This document shows, piece by piece, positions 54,458 through 64,000 of a DNA stretch of 64,000 nucleotides. Every line of letters begins with the position of its first letter. Position 1 is the first letter of the stretch. Origin of the DNA: Eledone cirrhosa (lineage: Eukaryota). The stretch is taken from positions 21,452,001 through 21,516,000 of the forward strand of contig OZ024746.1 of NCBI GenBank assembly GCA_964016885.1, written 5' to 3'. Below the pieces are notes generated by a model. The model had not been told where the DNA came from. It made no database searches and saw nothing but the letters and a program-made list of their open reading frames with translations. The position numbers were made by a program, and so were the translations under genes.

Positions 54458-56059
54458 TAGAATGAGAGATAGAAGAAATAGAAGAATAGACAAAAATAAG
54501 AAAAGGAAGAGTAGGAAACAAAATGTTCACATGAAGAAAGTATATGTGCATTTTAGTCATAGCTCATTTCCTTTTTCTTTTGTGTTTCATTTCTATTTTT
54601 CTAATATTTTTATCAAGATGAAATTTGTATTCTAGTAATGCTTTCTTTGATAAATCACATATATCCTTAGTGACAGATACTTAACAATTCTTTAGCGCTA
54701 AATCCTTCTTTATTCCTGTTTCTACAATTTTGCTTTCTAGATTATATTCATACGTTGTTTGTATAAATTCAGCAAACTATTGACTTTGATTTCACTTTAT
54801 ATCTCACATTAGATTCTACATTACTAATCACCCAGTGTAAATGAGAAATTTCTTTTATTTGTAATCTTTATTTTCCATCTTAGCAATGGTATGATTATAA
54901 TTCATCCTAGGAAAGTTTACTTAAGTTTCCTGTGTGCTCCCCTGAATTTTATATTTTCAATATTTATTCTGGTATGTTATCTATATATTTATATGAGTAT
55001 ATAAGTTTTATGGAAGAAGTTAATTATGATATTTTTGTTACTATGTTTCTAATGGAATGCACTGCCTATGGTTTTCAAATATTTCTGAACATAATCAAGA
55101 ATTTGGAGGGATAAATTTTAAATAATTTTCTAATTATCAAACTGGTGTTTGGAATATAATGTACCAATGTTTTTTTCCCAAAATGATGGTGGAAAGTTAT
55201 GTTAATACGTTTCTAATAAAATTAACTGCTTATGATTTTCAAATATTTCTGAATATAATCTAGAATTTTGAGGGATTTAGTAAAATAACTTTCTTATTAT
55301 CAAACTAGTGTTTGAAGCAAGTTCATAAGGTTGGGTTAAAAATGCTTCAGTAATTGTTCCAGCTCACTGCACTCAGAGTTCAAATCCTGCTGTGGTTAGT
55401 TTTGCCTTTCATCCTTATGGGGTTAATAAAATAAACTACCAGTAGCATACTGGGGTCGATTTAATCCACTTTCTCCTCCACCAAAATTGTTGGCCTTGTG
55501 CCAAATTCAGAAACCATTATTAAGCTGGTCTTTGGAATGTATCTTAGTAATGGTTTTTACATAAAATTATGATGGAAGGTTTTTAGATAAATACAAACAC
55601 TTTAAATTGACAGTTTTATATCGTAGAACTAGGAACAGCTTCAGAAAATTTGGCATCAAATGTGTTAAATATTTTTTAAAAACTAAGTAAAAACAGTTTA
55701 TCAAAAATGTGGACCATAATATTTTCAGAAAATAACTATAAATATATTTTTTTAGCTTGAACATTTTTGGAAGGAAGAAAAATTCAAATAACCTTGTGAA
55801 ATAGAAAAGGGTAGAGAAACTGAATGAAGTTAGTGCAATAAATTGACAGATGTAACACATAGCATCAAACTAAATACATTACAGTCAAATGACAATGATG
55901 ATGATGATACATACACACACACATATATATATATATGTGTATGTGTATTATCTTCATTTTCATCTTTCTATCAAAATGAAACTACTTAGCATCCATGCAA
56001 TCCTCAAATGTATTGATCAATGTCCAATGTCCTAGTTTCATCCATAATTATTCTAATAT

Positions 56060-56094
56060 ATGTGCATATATATATATATATACACACACACACA

Positions 56095-56144
<50 letters not shown>

Positions 56145-56640
56145 CACATATATACACATATATATATACACACACATATATATATACACATATATATATA
56201 TATATATACACATATATATACACACATATATATATATATATATATACACACACATATATATATATATATACACACACATATATATATATATACACACACA
56301 TATATATATACACATATATATATATATATACACATATATATACACACATATATATATATATATATACACACATATATACACATATATATATACACACATA
56401 TATATATATACACATATATATATATATATATACACATATATATACACACATATATATATATATATATACACACACATATATATATATATACACACACATA
56501 TATATATATATATACACACACATATATATATATACACACATATATATATATATACACACACATGTATACACATATATACACACACATATATATATACACA
56601 CACACACATATATATATACACATATATACACACACATATA

Positions 56641-56676
<36 letters not shown>
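56060..56676. repeat. Compound (TA)n/(CA)n microsatellite
   Basis: Direct inspection. Confidence 0.95.
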
Positions 56677-56678
<2 letters not shown>

Positions 56679-57111
56679 CTCAGAGAGGAGATGATGAAGG
56701 AATGCGGTGAGGGGAGAGATGTTGTGCTGAAAAGACTCAGCCAACACATGAAAGCATGGAAAAATGATGATGATATATATATAATATAGCCACACTCTAC
56801 TATCTCAGGTATTGCATACTCTATTGAATAATGGTCTAACTAGTTTAAAACTGGTTTAATCCTGATATATATATATGTATATGGGGGGGGGGGGTATATG
56901 TGTGTATGCGGAATTTTACTAAAGGCCCTGATATGACTATTTCTTACAAATGGACATATGGTTTTCATTTTATCCATGATAGTAATTAGGTAAAGTTATT
57001 TCACCATAATTACTTTCATATACTTCTCTTACACACGCTAATGCCAGCAACTTAGTTGATGAGTAAATTTGAAAATTATATTTCAGTTCTGTTGACAAAT
57101 AATATTTTCAA

Positions 57112-57398
57112 TCAGTCCACTTCAACCACTGTCCACATAAACACTATTTTTAACCACTGAACTCTTCAACCACTGTACCATATAAAGACCAGTTTACAAT
57201 CACTGTCCTTTTAAAGACCAGTATATAACCACTGTCTGCATAAAGACCAGTTTTAACCACTCTCCACATAAAGACCAGTTTTTAGCCACTGTCCACTTCG
57301 ACCAGTTTTCAACCACTGCCCTTTTAAAGACCAATTTTTAACCATTGTCAACATGAAGAGAAATTTTCAATCACTGTTCCCATAAACACCTGTCTACC
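57112..57398. repeat. Diverged tandem repeat of about 29-30 bp, about 9 copies
   Basis: Recurrent aaccactgtccacataaagaccagtttt-like units about 220 bp upstream of the Ig exon. Confidence 0.8.
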
Positions 57399-57618
57399 AC
57401 TAATATATTCGACATTCAATTCTCAGGCCACCTACATTTTGTGTTATAGCAACAGCTACAATTTTATTATTTAATTTGTGTTTATATTTGAAATTCTTCA
57501 TTCCTTTTATCACATCAATGAATAAAATATTGACTGCTATGAAGAATGTTAAAGTTGTTTTCACACCTACACAACAGAAGAAAAACATTATAGAATGTTC
57601 TTTATATTGTTTTGTTAG

Positions 57619-57779
57619 ATGTTCCTGGCCTTTTGCTTGATGAGAAACTTCGTATAATCCCAACACTGGCCACCGTTGATAATGGTTTAGAGATTAAGTG
57701 TGGCATTAAAGGTTCTTCAGAAATTGTTTGGCGTCGAAATAATATTGATCTTCATAAAATCCACAATCCAGAAATCACG
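57619..57779 (+). CDS. FSTL5: FSTL4/5-like gene, N-terminal half of first Ig domain; phase 1-0
   Basis: Acceptor ttttgttag ending 57618 and donor gtaagt at 57780. NVPGLLLDEKLRIIPTLATVDNGLEIKCGIKGSSEIVWRRNNIDLHKIHNPEIT has the Ig B-strand Cys and C-strand W-x-RNN, as in FSTL4/5. Confidence 0.88.
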
Positions 57780-57986
57780 GTAAGTTGGCTTAGATTTATT
57801 ATTAGTATACTTAACAGTTGAACCCATAGTGTCAAATTCTTCACACTGAGGAAATAATTCACAAGACAACAAAATAACTATGACAGTCACTGCTTAATAA
57901 AGCATATTTCAGAAGCTGAATTCTTAAAAGTTATCTTAAATAAGTTTTTTAGAATATATTTACTGGAAGAATATAATATAATAGAG

Positions 57987-58025
<39 letters not shown>

Positions 58026-58639
58026 AGTATTATGTCATATAAATAAACGTTGACTGCAGTGTTTGATAAATTGGCTGAACGACAGAGTTGTGTTGTATTT
58101 CACATAATTTAAGCACTAATGTCAAACCAAAAAGGGATAGATAGAGTTTCCACTCCTAATGGAAATGTAATATTTCACAAGTTATATACTTACCTATTTA
58201 CCAACCTACATACCTACATACATACATATATGCATGGTGGCTGCCAACTCGTTTTCGAGTACGGCCACTACTTTATATCCATGTAGGAGAACCCCCACCA
58301 ATGCGCTGAACGAGTGTGACTTTTTAGTCCAGCCAGCGACTTGAAAACTCTGGTACAAACACTACACCTGTGACAATTATTGACATATAGTGCTGGGCCC
58401 ATGGTTCCATGTGACGACAAGTGCAGAGAGATCTCCAGATATAAAGCAATGCCTGTGCCGTGAAGCTTTTATAGTGAGCAAAGGCACTGCACAAAGCCAG
58501 TCCCACTCTCTTAACCAAGATGATATTTACCAAAAAGAACAACAAGTCAACATCATTGGATACCATCAGAGTTTTCCTTCTAGAATTCTGCCTTGACAAA
58601 GGCTAAGGGGTCATCTCTACATACCTACATATATACATT

Positions 58640-58670
<31 letters not shown>

Positions 58671-59449
58671 GGATATATATATATTTTAAGGAACGATCGA
58701 CTTTCTAGCAACGTGAAATAAAGTGTCTTGCTCAAGGACATAACACATCAATTATTTTTTGTCTTTTTTAGTTATTGTTATTTATGTTTGTGCTTTGCAT
58801 GAAACCTTACTAGATTTTATATGCAAAAAAAAAAAGAAAAGGAAATTCACATATTTACACAAATACACTCACACAAACACACACAGTCACACACATGTAC
58901 ACAGTCACACACATGTACACAGTCACACACATGTACACACTCACACACATGTACACACTCACACACACTGACCCATATAAATTACTTCTATGTATGTGAA
59001 AATGTGATTTTACATTCTTTTACTTTTTTTACCGGTTCTAGTCATTTGACAGTGGCCATGATAGGGCACTATCTTTAAGAGTTTAGTTGATAGCCTCTAT
59101 TTTGTTTCTGACATTTAATTCACTCTTCAAAATGGCTCTAACATTTTGATAACATTCTTTTCTTATATTTTCTCTCATCAGTGAATGCTTAGTTAGTCCA
59201 CACTCACAAATACCTAAATACGTATAACTACCCTCTGTTTTTAATACTTTTATTGTCATATCCTTATCTAATATAATATTGTTGGTGGCTAATGATTTCC
59301 CTTTGGCACATTTATCAACCCCAAATTTTATTTTGATGTCATCACTGAAGTTTTTACACTCTTAAGGAGTCCTTGTAGTTACAGATCATTGTTTTGGAAA
59401 AAATTTCAAAATCATTCAAATAGAAAAAAAAAATCCAGAATTTCATGAT

Positions 59450-59860
59450 GGTAGTGGTGTTTGTGTTAAGAATTTATGTTGTCTTCTAAAAGCTTCATCA
59501 CATGTGATAAAACATTTCTGATTACAGGTGGGATTTTGAATATCCTCAGGGCATTCTTCACTCTTGATGTGAGGAGTGCTATCAAAGGTTTTTTTTCCAT
59601 AATATATCCATGCCATTGAGAGATTCTTGTGCTTGTTGTAACAATGATCAAGGATCATTCTCTTTACATTCTTTTTGTTCATCAGAAAATTATTGGTGTT
59701 GATAAGGAAAGCATAAGTGCATTCTGTCAGAACTTGTGTGAATTTCATATATTGTTGTGAGGTGCTTTATACATGTATAATTTGGGGGGAATTTTGGTTG
59801 CATCATTTTTAGCTAACAAAAAAGGCATGCTATTAACCAGCCACTCAGGAGCCTTATGTT
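59450..59860 (-). mobile_element. Degraded RT fragment of an R4/Dong-like (RLE-type) non-LTR element
   Basis: HKNLSMAWIYYGKKTFDSTPH resembles the NLSMAWIDYKKAFDSVPH RT motif. Confidence 0.6.
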
Positions 59861-59884
59861 TTTATTATTATTATTATTATTGAC

Positions 59885-60085
59885 AACTGGGTGGTGGATT
59901 GGCAGTATCGGTAGAGAGTCGGACGCCATGCTTTCCAGCATAGTTACGTCCCTTTACGACCTGAGTTCAAATCCCGTCGAGGTTGACTTTGCCTTTCATC
60001 CTTACGGGGTCGATAAAATAAAGTACCAGTAATGCACTGGGTAATTGCTGGCCTTGTGTCTAAAGTAGAAACAATTATTATTATT
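59885..60085 (+). mobile_element. Meta-like tRNA SINE, complete copy
   Basis: A and B boxes, gaggttgactttgcctttcatccttacggggtcgataaaataaagtaccag and (ATT)n tail. Flanking direct repeat attattattgacaactg on both sides is a TSD. Other diverged copies lie near 23545, 33990, 38530, 39175, 50612, 52885, 55340 and 60930. Confidence 0.88.
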
Positions 60086-60480
60086 GACAACTGAGATGGA
60101 AGCCATGCTTCATCCTGGCTCAGTAATATTTCCAAGACTTTTGATTTTTTTTTTCATCAACTCTAAAATTTTTAAACCTGACAAAAACTTCAAGGAACTA
60201 ACCTGCTGGTTGCAGGTCTGGTTGTTGAATTTATAATGACACACACAAAATGGAATGTCATGACTTTAGAATTTCAAATTTCAGCTCTTTTTTTTTACAA
60301 ACATAACAAGGATATCACAAGCAAAGAGAATGCAAGCCATACTACTTCGCAAAAAGAAGTACTTTTACGTAAATAATAGCGTCTGTCATCTATCAAACGA
60401 AATAGAAAAAAAGAAAACAAAAGTCATATCATTATTTTAAACAATATGGATTCAAATAACAAATAAAACCATTTAAACAT

Positions 60481-60610
60481 GAATAACAACAACAATAACG
60501 ACAACGACAACAATGACAACTACAACAATAACGACAACTACATCATCAATGACAACAACAATAAGGACAACGACAACATCAACAACAACAACAACAACAA
60601 CAATGATAGC
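60481..60610. repeat. (AAC/GAC)n trinucleotide tract
   Basis: Direct inspection. Confidence 0.9.
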
Positions 60611-61022
60611 AATCAGAACAAAATACAGTCGTTTGTCTCTGAACTGACAGCACATATCAGCAACAACACACACCAGCGGAATCTGTTCCAAGTGAAAGAC
60701 TAATTAACAACAAAAACATGAATAACAACAACAGCAGCGATAAGAAAAAGGCAAATTAGCCAACCTACAAACACCAACACCAGCACAACAGCCAGGGCTG
60801 CTACAGGTGCCAGCAGAAGCAAAAAGGGTCATGCGAGTCTCTTTTGAAGTTTTAGTGTTGATGAATAATTTAATGTATTTATAAAAAATATACAGCCATT
60901 TTTAGCATATGTCAAATACATTACAATGTAGTGAATTGGCTGTGTCATAAGAAAGATAGAATGCTTTGTAGTATTGGTCTATGAGTTTATATCCCACTGA
61001 GGTGAACTTTGCTTTTTATCCT

Positions 61023-61247
61023 TTAACCCCTTAGCATTTACACTCTTTATATACTTTTGTATTTTCACAGTAACGGCTTTATTTCACATAATATCTCACA
61101 TGATATCAAATTTATGGGATTTTGAAATTATTTATTTTGAAAACAATACCTTAACATCAATATGAGTGGCCAGTTATGGCCGGTTTGAACAGAAAGTGAT
61201 GAGAGAATTATGGACAGATACAGCCGGTTTAAAAGCTAAAGGGTTAA
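61023..61247. mobile_element. piggyBac-like MITE (same family) inserted in a SINE
   Basis: TTAA-CCCCTTAGC...GCTAAAGGG-TTAA, with internal sequence homologous to 23661-23888. A degraded third copy is at about 40097-40307. Confidence 0.75.
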
Positions 61248-61712
61248 TGTTGATAAAGTACCAATCTGGTATTGAGGTCAATTCATCCGCGCTCTCTCTC
61301 TCTCTCACCCATACACTTCCCCCTCTCTTTCTCTCTCTCATAACCCCACACATACACTTCCCCCTCTCTCTCTTTCCCTTTCTCACACATGCACACTTTC
61401 TCTTTCACTCTTGAAGAAATCGGTTGTATACAGACCCAGAGAGGGATGAGCTCCACCAGGTTTAAGTGCATAAGACATATGTCATGTGATGTGATGATGC
61501 CCATGAGGAAGAATTAAGGGACCATAGAATGGAAATAAATATATTACAGAGAATATAAGATTCATTAACCAATTTGTTGTTGGAAATTCCTCATTAAATA
61601 CTGATAGAATGTCTGCAAGAATCCACCAATTCTGAATATCTCTTGGAAAGGACATTCAACCAAATATAAACTGTACAGCAACGTTTTTGCAATTACTTGT
61701 CTCATGAGCAAA

Positions 61713-61743
<31 letters not shown>

Positions 61744-61887
61744 TAGAGAGATTGGCAAAAAGTAAATATTCTGTCATTGTTTTTAATATCCTACTCTACC
61801 AACTAGTGGTAAAGTCTTTGAGAAATTTACAAGACATCTTTCAACGAATCATTCCACTATAATTATATTATATGCTTCTTTTTATAG

Positions 61888-62005
61888 GTTTTTGATGATG
61901 GTTCTTTGTACATAAGTAGCATTGGCATCCACCATATTGGAAATTATTCTTGCCATGACAAAAAAGATTCCAGTATTAAGCAGACACATGTCCTCAAAGT
62001 ACACA
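61888..62005 (+). CDS. FSTL5: FSTL4/5-like gene, C-terminal half of first Ig domain; phase 0-1 (not in ORF track)
   Basis: Acceptor tttttatag ending 61887 and donor gtaagt at 62006. VFDDGSLYISSIGIHHIGNYSCHDKKDSSIKQTHVLKVH matches the FSTL4/5 motif DGSLYI...H-x-GNY-x-C...QTH. Confidence 0.9.
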
Positions 62006-63340
62006 GTAAGTAGTACTTTTTGCTTATTATAAAGGGATTTGTTATTTGCAATTTCTTAATACCTTTTATGATTCTGACAACTTTAAAGGGATTGTTAAGC
62101 TTTTTTATGAGAAACATGATTTTTAGGTTTCCCATTCTATTTAGCCATAAATAGGTACTGTAGGGTCAAAATCAGTAGCACTGTGCAATTGACAAATTGT
62201 CTATTAGGATGTAGTGTTGGGTTCAACACCACTGCTGCGTGGGGAGAGAAACATTCCAATATTCGACCCCAAACCTTCAATTAATTACCAACATGAGTGC
62301 TAATTTTATGTAAATTAGTATGTCCATTTCAGAATAATAATAAGTGTGAATGGGTATATATACCCATCAAATACATGTTTCCTTGTGCTCGATGAGGGTT
62401 CAATAAAATCTGAAAATCAATTGAAGATGTCTATCATTTTGTTCAATTTACAGGGAAATTCATATTTGCTGCCTTGTGTACATATCTACAAATTAGATAT
62501 GTTTATATTTATACATGTTGCAGTCTCATTTATACTCTCTGATTTATGCAGATATAACTTTAAATACATATATATATATATATATATATATAACATATAC
62601 ACAGAGAAACAATTTTGATTATATAAATTGCATTATTTAAATTTTCTCATGTTTTCTTTTTTAATTTACTTTTTATCTTTAAACAATTTTAATTTTCATA
62701 AATTCAACTTTTCCTAAATAGTTTCAGAAGCTTGTATTTTAACCTAGGAGAGTTTTCTATCACCAAACTGACAAGATATGTCACTTTGATAGCATTAGCA
62801 CTATACATTGAAAGTGTCATTTCAAAGGTGAACTTCAAGCCTCTAAAATATCAAAAACTATGTCATGGATAATTCTTTTTCTTGAAAATTTCTCTTTCTT
62901 TCCTTGTCTTTTTTCTTTGTCTTCCACATCATAAAAAATAACAACAAAAACCATCTTTGTGATTTCTAAAATAAAATGTCAGAAGCATTAAATAAATACA
63001 TGAGAAAATTGTTGTACTTTTATGTTTTGTCTATTTGATTCTAATGTTAGACATCAATGTTTCTATTTTAATCAATGGAAGATTTAAAAGAAAAAATCCT
63101 ATCTGACACATATATACACATATATCTTTCATTCTCTCTTACCAACAACATCTCTGCCTCCATTCTTCTGCCCCCCCCCCCCTCTCTCTCTCTCTCACAT
63201 ACACACATTTTTGTGCTCGTGTATGTGTAAATGTATATATATATATTGTTATACTTGGGGAGGGTCATATTTGTGTAATATTGCCAGAATTAATAATATA
63301 TATATATATATATACACACACAAAAATGCATACATATATA

Positions 63341-63452
<112 letters not shown>

Positions 63453-63460
63453 CATTCTTA

Positions 63461-63789
63461 CATGGCTTAGTGGTTAGAGCATTGGCCTTGCAATCGAAAG
63501 GTTGTGAGTTCAATTCTCAGACCGGGTGATGTGTTGTTTCCTTGAGCAAGACACTTTATTTCACATTGCTCCAGTTTACTCAGCTGTAGAAATGAGATGA
63601 TAGGGACTGGGGTCCATATCATTCCACTGCAAAGTGGTAGTGGAGGCAAAAAAGCACCCAGCACTCACTGTAAATGAGGTTGGTGTTAGGAAGGGCATCC
63701 AGCTGTAGAAATCAAGCCAGAATCAGTTCCCGTCCCACCCTTGCAAGCAGGGAAAAAGCGAACGTAAAATGAAATGATGATGATGATGA
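63461..63789 (+). mobile_element. tRNA-derived CORE-like SINE with RTE-type 3' end
   Basis: catggcttagtggttagagc...gagttcaattc head, CORE-like block and (GAT)n tail. Confidence 0.85.
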
Positions 63790-64000
63790 CATGCATACAA
63801 AAATGTATACATCCATACATATAATTATATATGTATATTTCTGTATGTATGTATATTTTATCTTAATATTTCAAAATACGTAATATAAAAATGAATTTTA
63901 ACAGGTTCTCACATCAATTTACACTATGATATATAACTTCAAAAGATTCTGTTCCATAGTAGTAGTATTTATGTTGGCTTTGATGATAGTATTAATATTT

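Noticed and set aside
63461-63535. tRNA gene-like sequence
   Set aside because: It is the tRNA-derived head of a repeated SINE and lacks a complete cloverleaf.

Overview
AT-rich, microsatellite-dense animal genomic DNA; the repeat landscape suggests a coleoid cephalopod such as Octopus (inference, not verified). It holds five + strand coding exons of a follistatin-like 4/5 (FSTL4/FSTL5-type) gene: FOLN-Kazal, linker, EF-hand pair and a first Ig domain split over two exons. All have AG/GT boundaries and compatible phases; the first exon was not found and the gene continues past the window. Most ORFs in the track are (TA)n/(CA)n artefacts. Introns and upstream DNA contain a near full-length but disabled RTE LINE with a 52-bp tandem array at its 5' end, tRNA-derived SINEs of two types, mariner, Tigger and piggyBac-like MITEs, and LINE fragments. 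The main unannotated signal is about 11 type I hammerhead ribozyme motifs from about 7 sequence families. Many sit in long fold-back palindromes within (TA)n tracts, the signature of Penelope-like retroelement ends. Full-core sense-strand ribozymes occur only behind an antisense mirror copy, while lone sense copies carry core mutations.
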